Notes: a model not told the origin generated them from the letters alone. A DNA stretch of 63,557 nt, filler included, from 5 parts of 5 records of this genome joined end to end with filler, not necessarily neighbours in it; one strand, 5' to 3'; counted from the first letter of the whole stretch, positions 21,923 to 31,357 are shown. Translations and numbers: made by a program.

Positions 21923-22555
21923 ATGATGATGAAGTCCCTGATCGTTTCCGCCGGTTTCGCGGCATCAGCGTGCGTTGCATGGGCCGACACGACTGAAACG
22001 TATGACTTCTCCGGCTTCGATGAACTCGACATCTCGTCGGGCGTGGAAGTCAAATACGAAACAGCCAACACTTATAGCGTCATCGCTCTTTTCCAGAGTG
22101 GTGGCCCGGAAGACATGAAGATCCGCCAAGACGCTGGCCGGCTGTATATTGCCCGGAAAATGAAATCCGGTTGGGGAGACAATCTCCGCGTCACCGTTCG
22201 GGTTACATCACCAGAACTGAGCGCAGTGGAAGCAAGTTCGGGTTCATCGATTGAAGCAACCGGGATTGACGCGGAGGATTTTAAACTCAACGTATCGAGC
22301 GGTGCCTCTGCAGAGCTATCCGGCACCTGTAATGCGCTGGAACTGAAGGTCAGCTCAGGCGGGGACGCGGATGCGAAAGATCTTCGCTGTCTCCAACTCA
22401 CCGCCAAGGCCAGCAGCGGAGGTGCGGCGACTGCGTATGCCACCGAGAGTGCGACCAGCAAAACCTCAAGCGGCGGCAGCATCGGTGTCTGGGGTAATCC
22501 GCCGGATCGCACATCCAACCACTCCATCAGTGGCGGTAGCACCGACTTTCATTAG
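21923..22555 (+). CDS. DUF2807 (head GIN domain) exported protein, shorter paralogue
   Basis: Signal peptide, FDELDISSGVEV, SSG repeats, GNP near the C-terminus. Confidence 0.8.
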   Translation: MMMKSLIVSAGFAASACVAWADTTETYDFSGFDELDISSGVEVKYETANTYSVIALFQSGGPEDMKIRQDAGRLYIARKMKSGWGDNLRVTVRVTSPELSAVEASSGSSIEATGIDAEDFKLNVSSGASAELSGTCNALELKVSSGGDADAKDLRCLQLTAKASSGGAATAYATESATSKTSSGGSIGVWGNPPDRTSNHSISGGSTDFH

Positions 22556-23379
22556 GAAAAATCAAAATCCTCTAACCGGTAGTCTGACTCAGGCCAGCTG
22601 AGGTTCATCTCCTCAAGCGCGCCGCGGACCAGCCTCGCGATCATGGCGTTGCGGCGCGTTCGGCTGTCTGCAGGAATGACATACCAAGGGGAATGTTCCG
22701 TGGAACACCGCTGGACTGCAGTTTCGTATGCCGCCATGAATTCCTTCCACAGCGCCCGGTCGTCCAGGTCCGCCGGGTTGAATTTCCAGTACTTGTGTTG
22801 TTCCTCGAGGCGCTCGCGAAGCCGGATACCCTGCTCTTCATATCCAATGTTGAGCATGCATTTGATGATGGTCACACCGTTCTCGGACAGGTGTTTTTCA
22901 AACGAATTGATTTGATCATATCGTTGCTCCACGTCCTCCGGACTGGCGAAGCCTCGTACTTTTACGACCAGGACATCTTCATAGTGTGAACGGTCAAATA
23001 TACCGACATGCCCTTTCTTTGGCACTGCGTTATGGACCCGCCAGAGATAATCGCGCGCCAGTTCATTTGAGCTGGGGGCTTTAAACGCCTTTACTTCCAT
23101 GCCGAGCGGAGTGGTGTCCGCGAAGACGGATTTGATCGTCCCTGACTTACCGGCCGTGTCCATGCCCTGCAGTACCACCAGGACCGAACGCTTTTTTTCG
23201 GCGTAAAGAATGTCCTTCAGTTCATTGATGACGGCCGCGTCCTTCTTCAGGCTCGTCTTCGCAAGAGACTTGTCTTCGAAGAGACTCCGTTCGCTACTGT
23301 CGCGATTTGAGAGATCGAAAGGCTTTCCCGGTTCCGCGATGAGATGTTTGCGGACCTCGGAAATGCTGGGAATGCTCAT
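22552..23379 (-). CDS. Polyphosphate kinase 2 family (class III-like)
   Basis: QGMDTAGKSG Walker A, FKAPS..E, DRSHYEDVL, WKFNPADL, PWYVIPAD. Confidence 0.92.
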   Translation of the reverse strand: MSIPSISEVRKHLIAEPGKPFDLSNRDSSERSLFEDKSLAKTSLKKDAAVINELKDILYAEKKRSVLVVLQGMDTAGKSGTIKSVFADTTPLGMEVKAFKAPSSNELARDYLWRVHNAVPKKGHVGIFDRSHYEDVLVVKVRGFASPEDVEQRYDQINSFEKHLSENGVTIIKCMLNIGYEEQGIRLRERLEEQHKYWKFNPADLDDRALWKEFMAAYETAVQRCSTEHSPWYVIPADSRTRRNAMIARLVRGALEEMNLSWPESDYRLEDFDFS

Positions 23380-23396
23380 GGGATGGAATCTCCAAA

Positions 23397-23431
23397 GAAA
23401 AAGGCCGCACCAGTCTGGCGCGGCCTTTTCC
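23397..23431 (-). terminator. Intrinsic terminator after rpsD
   Basis: AAAAGGCCGC-loop-GCGGCCTTTT inverted repeat with U-tract. Confidence 0.75.
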
Positions 23432-23453
23432 GTAGTTCAAGAAACTGTCTGTA

Positions 23454-23910
23454 TTACGACGAGTAGAATTCGACCACCTGGGCCGGTTCCATCTTCACCG
23501 GATACGGCACATCAGCCAGTTCCGGAACGCGCGTGAAGGTCGCGCTCATCGCTTTCGGATCGACTTCCACATAGTCAGGCAGGTCACGCTCCGGGCTACC
23601 CAATGCCTCGAGCACGAGCGCCATGTTGCGGGATTTCTCACGGATCTGGACGACATCGCCCGGTTTCAGGCGAACTGAACCGATGTTGCAGCGGCGGCCG
23701 TTGACCATGACGTGGCCGTGATTGACGAACTGGCGTGCAGCAAAGATCGTCGGAACGAACTTGGCCCGGTATACAACGGCGTCGAGGCGCGATTCCAAAA
23801 GGCCGATCAGGTTCTCGGCGGTGTTACCCTTGATACGGGCAGCTTCTTCATAGATGCGGGCGAATTGCTTCTCGGTGAGATCGCCGTAGTAGCCTTTCAG
23901 CTTCTGCTTG
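23454..23910 (-). CDS. rpsD: 30S ribosomal protein S4 (5' truncated)
   Basis: [36 protein letters not shown]. Confidence 0.96.
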
Positions 23911-24010
23911 NNNNNNNNNNNNNNNNNNNNNNNNNNNNNNNNNNNNNNNNNNNNTTAATTAATTAANNNNNNNNNNNNNNNNNNNNNNNNNNNNNNNNNN
24001 NNNNNNNNNN
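23911..24010. other. Artificial contig spacer
   Basis: N run with ttaattaattaa. Confidence 0.98.
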
Positions 24011-24038
24011 GAGGGTTCGATTCCCTTCACCCGCTCCA
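24011..24038 (+). tRNA. 3' portion of tRNA-Gly (T-arm, acceptor 3' strand, CCA), truncated by fragment start; possible att core
   Basis: GAGGGTTCGATTCCCTTCACCCGCTCCA matches proteobacterial tRNA-Gly 3' ends; anticodon not visible. Confidence 0.8.
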
Positions 24039-24103
24039 ATTTTCTTCAATTAAATCAACAAGTCATTTAATTCTTAGCTTCTCGAAAGCATGTCTACGGC
24101 GTT

Positions 24104-24124
24104 CCAGCTAGAAACCAGCTAGAA
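24104..24124. repeat. Tandem direct repeat CCAGCTAGAA x2, integrase arm-site-like
   Basis: Exact 10-mers at 24104-24113 and 24115-24124, about 65 nt downstream of the tRNA end. Confidence 0.55.
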
Positions 24125-24606
24125 CAGTGGATCCATCCATGAGTGTTATTGGGAATGACATGACGTCCTGATCGTTCAGAACTGCGGCTGGTCAACTGCA
24201 ACTGTATAGGAACGTTGCCCGTCCCGATGGCCAAGACGCGCGATGCGGAAACGTCAGAAAACGTCCCAGTTCGTTAGAAATACGAAGCTCCGAGAGAGCG
24301 CACTCCGCCGTCCCTTCATGGTAGCATTTGGTTTCGATCCCGGACCGCTAATTACAAAAATGGGCCAGAAAACATTACAGAACTACACTCTCAATGATTA
24401 CAGCGCACTACGGATTTCTCGCGACCACTGAACTCCGGAAAATGACGCTTAAAGCGGATACTTGCGCGCCAGTGAGCCTTGCATTTTCGTGGACGATTGC
24501 ACTTTCCCGCATCGGCTTGTGGACTTGACCTGAGTCCGTCTATTCCGGCACAGGCCCAAGGCAGCAAACGAAAATCAGGTCGTGATCGCTGACACCAACT
24601 TTTCGT

Positions 24607-25152
24607 TCAAATTGTGCTGCCATCATCATCTAACTCGTGCGCCATGCAGGGTGAGGAAGCGTAAGACCTCGGCCTTTTCTCGAGCTCACTGTCGAACTGC
24701 TGGAACAAGATATCGTTCTCTATCCTGATATGCTCTTCGATGTCGACAAGGAATTCGCCAAGATCAGCGTAAAGCCGTCGCCAGGTTCCGCATGCGTACT
24801 CCGGCAAGGTTACATCATTCGTCAGAGAACGGATTTTCATGATTGCGACGAGATGATCATCATGATCGGCACGCATGGCCGCGATGGGATGTCCCATATG
24901 AGAACCATGACCCTGGCGGATTGCCGGAAACAGCACCAGCTCTTCCTTCTTCATGTGCACTTCCAGCTCGCCAATTATGTCGGCGAGCAGATCCGCTAGA
25001 CCAACGGGCACATCCGGGCTCTCTGCATGCACCCTTTCCACCTTAGCTGAAAGGATTTGCAGCTCCGGCAATTGCTCCCGGTGGCGCGCATGAAAGCGGC
25101 CTTCAATAAACGTGGTCAGCTCCGCGGCCGTTTCTGGCAAAACCATCCTCAA
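24607..25152 (-). CDS. Hemerythrin-domain protein, RIC/YtfE-like, lacking the N-terminal ScdA domain
   Basis: FHARHRE.LP.L..LS.KVE.VH, HMKKEELVLFP, PI..M..DHDDH, HIRIENDILF. Confidence 0.85.
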   Translation of the reverse strand: MRMVLPETAAELTTFIEGRFHARHREQLPELQILSAKVERVHAESPDVPVGLADLLADIIGELEVHMKKEELVLFPAIRQGHGSHMGHPIAAMRADHDDHLVAIMKIRSLTNDVTLPEYACGTWRRLYADLGEFLVDIEEHIRIENDILFQQFDSELEKRPRSYASSPCMAHELDDDGSTI

Positions 25153-25607
25153 ATCCTCCTTCTTGCCGGATGCGGAATACCTGCATGTACAGAGATCCCC
25201 AGATGAATCGACCGAGCGATACGTTCGGCACGCTCAATCACATAATCAGCGCCTTCCGGCGTACAGACCTGACGGGCCACCTTCCTGAACAGGACCAGCC
25301 ATTGTTCGAAATGAGATTCATCGACCGGAAGTCCTGCGTGCACCTGCATGGGCGTTCCATGATAGCGCCCGGTCATAAGCGCAACCGATGACCAGAAGTC
25401 CACCATCCGGTTAATATGCGTTGGCCAGTTCTTTATGCGCGATTCAAAAACCGGACCGAGCCCCGGATCAGAACGGACCTCTTCATAGAAGTCCGAAACC
25501 AGACGGAACAGAACCGCTTCGTCGAGCCCAGTTCGTTCGATAAGCACGACCGTTTCTGCAGCACGTACCGAATACCCCACAATCCGCGGTAGGTCTTTCT
25601 CGGTCAC
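25149..25607 (-). CDS. Group III truncated hemoglobin (trHbP)
   Basis: LV..FY..VR.DP.LGPVF, W..H...M.DFWSSV, Y.G.PM..H, HF..WL.LF; GTG start after AGGAG. Confidence 0.9.
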   Translation of the reverse strand: MTEKDLPRIVGYSVRAAETVVLIERTGLDEAVLFRLVSDFYEEVRSDPGLGPVFESRIKNWPTHINRMVDFWSSVALMTGRYHGTPMQVHAGLPVDESHFEQWLVLFRKVARQVCTPEGADYVIERAERIARSIHLGISVHAGIPHPARRRI

Positions 25608-25653
25608 GTGACACTCCTGAAGATGTTTTATAGAATGTGTTTCTATTTGACTT

Positions 25654-25676
25654 AATTGGTATTGTAGATACCTATT
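25654..25676. promoter_or_regulatory. Candidate NsrR/Rrf2 operator
   Basis: AATTGGTAT-TGTAG-ATACCTATT inverted repeat (8/9 matching) in the divergent intergenic region. Confidence 0.6.
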
Positions 25677-25696
25677 TTATATGACATGGGGAGACA

Positions 25697-26110
25697 ATGC
25701 GCCTCACTTCTTTCACAGACTACGGGCTGCGCATGCTTATGCGCATGGCAGCAGCGCCTGACTGCTCGCTTTCGACAGCACAATTGTCCCAGGAATTCGG
25801 GCTCTCCAGAAATCATCTGGCCAAGATCATGCAACGGCTGGTCGAGGCTGGCGTGGTCACCACCAGACGCGGTGTAGGCGGGGGCGCCAGATTGGCGACA
25901 GCCCCGCAGAATCTGAAACTGGGCGATTTGGTCAAAATTCTTGAGGATGGCCAGGCGCTCGTAGAATGCTTCGCCGACGACGGGGGAAACTGCTCGTTAG
26001 TTCGTCATTGCCGCCTCCGGACACGCCTGAAGTCTGCCGGTGATGCCTTCCTCGCCGACCTTAACCAAAGCACATTGGCGGATATCTCGCTGACGAGTGC
26101 ACAAATATAA
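25697..26110 (+). CDS. Rrf2 family regulator, NsrR-like
   Basis: MRLTSFTDYGLR, SRNHLAKI, RG.GGG..L, three conserved Cys (ECF..GNC..HC). Confidence 0.9.
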   Translation: MRLTSFTDYGLRMLMRMAAAPDCSLSTAQLSQEFGLSRNHLAKIMQRLVEAGVVTTRRGVGGGARLATAPQNLKLGDLVKILEDGQALVECFADDGGNCSLVRHCRLRTRLKSAGDAFLADLNQSTLADISLTSAQI

Positions 26111-26452
26111 TAATCCACCTATCAGTCTAGAAAATCGCAGTCTCCAGCAGACTTTTGATGTGCGGTACCGGATACTGCAAACAAACAGACACTGTTACCG
26201 CTCGGTGAAGTTTCGAGCTCGGTCACTCGGACGAGCGCTGATTCACGATAGAGCTTAAGTGAGTCTGATCCCGGCACAATTATAACCTCGACAAGACTGC
26301 CACTCTGCGGTTGACGGACTGGCAGACAGACCAAAGCTGCATCAATCCTACCGGGGCGGAAACATCAGACTTGCTCCGTCAAAAGACCAATTATCCATAC
26401 TGTTCTGAAATATTTCTGTACCCACTGCCTCGAGCTGACCACCGGAAGGCCG

Positions 26453-27028
26453 TTAACTTTCGAACCTGGCCAGATCCTCTGGCGTATTGATATTCACAAA
26501 CACGTCCGGATATCCTGCCGGCCAGGCCACATCGACCACGCCGCAGGCTTCAAGGGCTCCAACCAGGCTGCGCCGACCCGCTGCGGCATAGGTCTCAACG
26601 CGGCCAAATGACTCTGCCGGCCAGACCGCGCACACCGGATGACGACGCCCGTTCGAAACCGCAACGGCCGGCTGCTTCCCGGCTATTGAAGCGCCGCAGA
26701 GCTTTTCAAGGACATCCGCGGGCAGGAAGGGTGTATCGCAAGGCAGAGTAAGAAACCGTTCCAGGTTCTCACCACACGCCCAGTCGAAGGCAGCAAGCAA
26801 GCCAGCCAGCGGGCCCTCTATATCCGGGCGATCAAGTATACACTGGTACGCCTCCTGCTTCACCTGTGCTGGCTCCCGCACGCACATGACGGCAGGCACA
26901 TGCCAGGCGTTCACAAGATCAATCAAGGGATCGATCAGCCTGCGCCCGCGGAATAACCGCTCGGGCTTGCCACCGCCCATCCGGGTTCCAAACCCTCCGG
27001 CCAGGATGACAACCCCAACCCTATCCAT
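26453..27028 (-). CDS. mobA: Molybdenum cofactor guanylyltransferase
   Basis: ILAGGFGTRMGG.K, GPLAGL, PCDTPFLP, F.NINTPEDL. Confidence 0.92.
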   Translation of the reverse strand: MDRVGVVILAGGFGTRMGGGKPERLFRGRRLIDPLIDLVNAWHVPAVMCVREPAQVKQEAYQCILDRPDIEGPLAGLLAAFDWACGENLERFLTLPCDTPFLPADVLEKLCGASIAGKQPAVAVSNGRRHPVCAVWPAESFGRVETYAAAGRRSLVGALEACGVVDVAWPAGYPDVFVNINTPEDLARFES

Positions 27029-27659
27029 TAGGAAACCACGCTCTCGACGCGAGGCGGTCCACATCCTTCGGGCGCTCGACCGTCAGGTCCAGGTCGCGCA
27101 GCAGACCGTCCCGGATTGAATAGATCCATCCGTGGATCGCGAGTTTTTGATTACGCCGCCAAGCGTCCGTCACGAAAGGATTGTGACCGAGATATTCGAC
27201 TTGTGCCCGGACATTGTGCTCGCACGCAACGTTCACGCGAGTGTCGAAATCGGCAATCTCCTTGAGATGTTCGACATGTCTGTGCGCGAGATCGGCGACG
27301 GGCTGCAGCCAGTGATCAATCAGCCCGCGTCTCTGTGTGTCCAGCGCCGCCCGTACACCGCCGCAACCGTAATGTCCGCAGACAATGATGTGACGCACTT
27401 TCAGCACTTCGATCGAAAACTGAAGCACCGCCAGAAAATTCATGTCACGCGGAGGCGCAAGGTTTGCGATATTACGGTGCACGAACAATTCACCGGGGTC
27501 GAGGCCGACGATCTCATTGGCTGGCACCCGGCTGTCGCTACAGCCGATCCAGAGATAATCGGGTGCTTGCTGAGCTGACAATCGACGAAAGAAGTCGGGC
27601 TCAGCACGGACACGCGCACTGGCCCAATGCATATTGTTTTCAAGTAATGTCCGGATCAT
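27021..27659 (-). CDS. can: Beta-class carbonic anhydrase
   Basis: WIGCSDSRVP, FVHRNIAN, GHYGCGGV zinc motifs. Confidence 0.94.
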   Translation of the reverse strand: MIRTLLENNMHWASARVRAEPDFFRRLSAQQAPDYLWIGCSDSRVPANEIVGLDPGELFVHRNIANLAPPRDMNFLAVLQFSIEVLKVRHIIVCGHYGCGGVRAALDTQRRGLIDHWLQPVADLAHRHVEHLKEIADFDTRVNVACEHNVRAQVEYLGHNPFVTDAWRRNQKLAIHGWIYSIRDGLLRDLDLTVERPKDVDRLASRAWFPNG

Positions 27660-28216
27660 GGGGCGCTCTTGAACGGATCACCGAGCCCGCGGCGCGCCGC
27701 GAGCCGCTGCCCGAGGCTGATCAGGTCCGCTTCGTTCAGGCGATGCCTTGCGATAGGAAGGACCACCGCATTTTCCATGGCGATGTGGCGCTTCTGCTGC
27801 TGGCAGAAAGGCTCGATGGTTGAACGGGCCTCCGCAAAGGACGCAAGCCCGCTCTGTTCTGCAAGCGCTCTCGCCACGAGAGCCTTGACCGCCGTCGCAT
27901 CCATCATGTCATTGGCATGTTCGGCTGAAAGCATTCCAAGCACTTTCTCGATCTGGTCGTCGGGCTCACAGCGCCGGCGGAGCAATGGAAAGAGGTCATC
28001 CTCTTCGTCGATCACGTGCAATGGCAGGTCCCGGTCCAGGAAAACGTAAACGTCACGAAGGGCCACGTCATCGAAGACGATTGATCGAGACAGGTCGCTG
28101 AGCCGCGCACAAACGTCACGATGACGATAATGCTCGGCGAAAAACCATATCAGCGGTTCCCGGAGCAGGTCGTGCGGGATTGGCTCGATCGGATTGAACT
28201 CCCCGGCATTGTCCAT
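27656..28216 (-). CDS. Hemerythrin HHE-domain protein
   Basis: EH.RHR.VC..L, LH..DEE.DLFP, EH, HIAMENAVVLP..R..L, L...LAARRG. Confidence 0.82.
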   Translation of the reverse strand: MDNAGEFNPIEPIPHDLLREPLIWFFAEHYRHRDVCARLSDLSRSIVFDDVALRDVYVFLDRDLPLHVIDEEDDLFPLLRRRCEPDDQIEKVLGMLSAEHANDMMDATAVKALVARALAEQSGLASFAEARSTIEPFCQQQKRHIAMENAVVLPIARHRLNEADLISLGQRLAARRGLGDPFKSAP

Positions 28217-28231
28217 GGCCTGTTCCTTTCC

Positions 28232-29365
28232 CTAGGGGGTCGTTCGCGGCCCGTGTCGTGTTGTGATCAGCGTGTGTGTCTTGTGCAGAGGTGGAAGCTG
28301 GTGGTTTACAATCAGTTCAAGGCAATCCGTGAGCGGCGTGTCGCTGTCGCGCAAACGCGAGATCAGCTGTGTCCAGGTTTCATCATCGGCTTTGGCCAGA
28401 AACGTGCGGATCATCCGGGAGAGTAGCGCCGTTGCACGCTCCCCATCGCTGGAAGCAGCATGATCGAGCCTCTCCCGGACAGCCGAGCCGAGCGCCTCAT
28501 ATGCGCGTCCGACATCCTTGAGGGCTTGCCCCAGCAGTCCGTCAGCCTTCTCGATATTCCCGGTTCCATCAGAAAGCTCCCCTGTTTCTGTCAGGCAAAG
28601 GCCCGGGTGCTCGGAAGACTCCGCGAGCTGGCGATCGACATATACCGCAGCCGCTCTTGTCCAGGCCCGGGCTTCCAGCTGCATCGCGATATGCGGCCGG
28701 ACATAATCAAACGGCAGGCGTTCGCCATCAGACCGGTGATCGAGCCGCAAGATGTGCCAGCCATGTTCGCTGAGCACAGGTTCGGGGTAAATTGTACCCG
28801 CATCCATGTCTTGGAGCACGGACCAGATGGCGGGCAGCACATCTCCCGGGCGGAGCTGGCCAAGACTGCCGCCTTCCGCCGCCGACGGACATGCCGACTT
28901 GCTTGCCGCCAGTCTCGCAAACCCCGGTGGGTCTGCCTGAAGGTCCGAAATCAGCTTCCGTGCCTCTTGCTGCGCGGTTTGCACGGCCGCAGGACTGGCC
29001 TCTGCGGGCGCGATCAGGATATGAGATGCCTCAAGGAGCGGCGGCGAGCGAAATCCCTCGGGATTTCCCTCGTACACCGCGCGAACGGCTTCGTCGGTGG
29101 CTGGCTCAGCATTGACTTCCTCACTGAGGACGGTCCGTATCAATGCCTCATCGCGCGTTTCTTCCTGCCCATCGGAATTTTTTTCCGGTGCGGCGTCCAG
29201 ACCAAGCGCCCGGCCTCTCGCAAGCAGCACAGCCTTGGCGGCAAGCGCTCGCCCCGCCAGAACCCTTGCCTCAGCCAGAGTTGGCGCCTGATGATTCTGA
29301 AGCTCGGACGCCAGAAGGCTTTCAGGAACCTCCACACCGTGAAAAACCGCTACAGCCATACTCAT
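28232..29365 (-). CDS. PpiC/parvulin-type PPIase (NifM-like nar accessory protein) with C-terminal extension
   Basis: EASHILI, F..LA...SACPS...GG.LG, SEHGWHIL; directly after narI. Confidence 0.85.
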   Translation of the reverse strand: MSMAVAVFHGVEVPESLLASELQNHQAPTLAEARVLAGRALAAKAVLLARGRALGLDAAPEKNSDGQEETRDEALIRTVLSEEVNAEPATDEAVRAVYEGNPEGFRSPPLLEASHILIAPAEASPAAVQTAQQEARKLISDLQADPPGFARLAASKSACPSAAEGGSLGQLRPGDVLPAIWSVLQDMDAGTIYPEPVLSEHGWHILRLDHRSDGERLPFDYVRPHIAMQLEARAWTRAAAVYVDRQLAESSEHPGLCLTETGELSDGTGNIEKADGLLGQALKDVGRAYEALGSAVRERLDHAASSDGERATALLSRMIRTFLAKADDETWTQLISRLRDSDTPLTDCLELIVNHQLPPLHKTHTLITTRHGPRTTP

Positions 29366-30132
29366 GGCACCCTCCGCGCCGCAATGTCTGCCGCCCGGGC
29401 CTTGTCCGCCTTGATATCACGGCGTGTACGAACTAATTGCCATCCGCGCCGCCCCAGATACCAGACCGGGGCAGAAAGCATGTGAACCAGACGCGTAAAC
29501 GGGAACACCAGAAAGATGGTCAGACCAATAATCAAATGTGCTTTGAAGACCCAATGTACATCCGAGATATAGTCGGCTGAACCTGGCTGGAAAGTGAATA
29601 TACCTTGCGCCCAGCTCATGAACTTGACCATTTCCGAGCCATCGAGATGCTGCGCCGAGAGCGGGATCGTGGACAGACCGAGCGCGAGCTGCACAGTCAG
29701 GAGCGCAAGGATCGCCGTGTCGCCAAAACTAGATGTTGCGCGGATGCGCGGGTCGAAAAGACGCCGGTGCAGAAGGATCAGCGCACCAATAATAGCACAG
29801 CCTCCGGCAGCCCCACCCGCGACCATTGCAAGAACCTGCTTGGCGCCGTGACTGATACCGAGTGCATCGAACACCGCGATCGGCGTCAGCAGACCGACAA
29901 AGTGTCCCCCGAATATCACCAGCACACCGACATGGAAGAGTACGGAACCGGTCACCAGCTGCCTGCGGCGCAGAAGCTGCGACGATCCCGAACGCCAGGT
30001 GTAAGGCTCACGGTCAAAGCGGAGCACTGACCCGATCGCCAGCACAGCAAGTGCGATATAGGGGTAATAGCCAAACATGGCCTGGTCGAACCAGCTGGCG
30101 CTGGCAATTGTACTCACATGTTCCTGAGCCAT
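29362..30132 (-). CDS. narI: Respiratory nitrate reductase gamma subunit
   Basis: YPYIAL, YTWRSGSSQLL, FHVG..GH heme ligands, HLIIG..FPFTRLVHMLS. Confidence 0.96.
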   Translation of the reverse strand: MAQEHVSTIASASWFDQAMFGYYPYIALAVLAIGSVLRFDREPYTWRSGSSQLLRRRQLVTGSVLFHVGVLVIFGGHFVGLLTPIAVFDALGISHGAKQVLAMVAGGAAGGCAIIGALILLHRRLFDPRIRATSSFGDTAILALLTVQLALGLSTIPLSAQHLDGSEMVKFMSWAQGIFTFQPGSADYISDVHWVFKAHLIIGLTIFLVFPFTRLVHMLSAPVWYLGRRGWQLVRTRRDIKADKARAADIAARRVP

Positions 30133-30157
30133 GACTGGCCTCCTTTACAAGGGGTGG

Positions 30158-31357
30158 CTAGAAGCGCGTTTCCAACGCCACCCAGAATTTTGTCCTGTCC
30201 GCAGGCCCATTGTCTGAGCCACTGAAAACAGCTCCTTTGGCTTCAAAGGTGAGCCAGCCATTGATCGGCACACGAAAGACCGCATCAAATTCTGATCCGT
30301 AGGACAGATCGCCATTGTCGCTATCGAAATCATGGTAAAAGACCGCCCAGCTGGCTGGCTTGGCCCCATCGATCAATCCGACCCCAGCGCCCTTCAGTCC
30401 CAGGCTGGAATCGCGAACGCCAGCGGCGGGTGTGTTGAGGAATACATCCGCCCACCCCTGAAAGGCATGCAAGGTAGCCAGCGGGGTTGCAAATCCACGT
30501 CCACCGGCGCCTTCGAGGATCTCGACGCCGCCAATGAGTGTGAGATCATTTCTTGCGAAACTCGCGCCATAGGATTGATAGCCGAGGTCTTGCGCTGGAC
30601 CTCTTCCGTGATATTCGCTCTGCTGCCCAAACCGGGCATTCAGACCGAACCTGCCCGCCTCCAGTTTCCAGGAGTCGGACCAGCCAAGTACCAGCGTCTG
30701 TCCGGAGGCAGCGGCCGATTCATCGAAATCGAGAAACAATCCGGTCGCCACGAAGTCGCCAAGTGCCGTCGTAACGCCGGCACGAACCAGATGCGAATCG
30801 CTTTCGAACTCCCCGACAGGACTCTCGTCGCCAAAAATACGATGCACCTTGTCGATATACACATAGTCCAGACTGGCATTCTGGAAGCCTGTAAGGCCAA
30901 ACCGGACAGCATCGAAAGTCTGCTCATTCTGGCGGAACCCCACATTGCCGACAAAACGGGCATCATCGAAAATGATCCTCTGGCGGCCCAGTGTGGCGTT
31001 CGCCGCTTCGCCTTTCCAGCTGACCTGCAGGCGGTTCAGTTCGAATGCTTCCGGGTCCGCGATCACCGCCTTTCCTGGTACTGTATCCACCGTATCGGAA
31101 AAGTCGTTGGTAATGTGCCCGACGGCTTCGCCTTCGACTAGCGCGCTCCATCCGTTGCCGAACTTCACGTCAAGCCCGAACCGGCCCGCAAGAGTCAGGG
31201 CCAGCGTGCTGTCGAGACCGTCCTGATCGACCTGCTCAGCGCGAAGCCGGAGATCCAGAATCGGTTTGACAATTTGCCCGGTCTCCTGCGCCTGTGCCGG
31301 GGCAACCAGCGCCATGATAGCCAGCGCGGGGAGACAGGCTGAAAGACCGCGTATCAT
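30158..31357 (-). CDS. Outer membrane beta-barrel porin (alginate export family-like)
   Basis: Signal peptide, LRLRAEQV, GRQRI..D..RFVGNVGFRQNEQTFDA, TPLATLHAFQGWAD.FL, terminal Phe. Confidence 0.82.
   Translation of the reverse strand: MIRGLSACLPALAIMALVAPAQAQETGQIVKPILDLRLRAEQVDQDGLDSTLALTLAGRFGLDVKFGNGWSALVEGEAVGHITNDFSDTVDTVPGKAVIADPEAFELNRLQVSWKGEAANATLGRQRIIFDDARFVGNVGFRQNEQTFDAVRFGLTGFQNASLDYVYIDKVHRIFGDESPVGEFESDSHLVRAGVTTALGDFVATGLFLDFDESAAASGQTLVLGWSDSWKLEAGRFGLNARFGQQSEYHGRGPAQDLGYQSYGASFARNDLTLIGGVEILEGAGGRGFATPLATLHAFQGWADVFLNTPAAGVRDSSLGLKGAGVGLIDGAKPASWAVFYHDFDSDNGDLSYGSEFDAVFRVPINGWLTFEAKGAVFSGSDNGPADRTKFWVALETRF

Noticed and set aside
24325-24350. GGTTTCGATCCCGG resembling a tRNA T-loop or second att remnant
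   Set aside because: No matching T-stem, acceptor stem or CCA.
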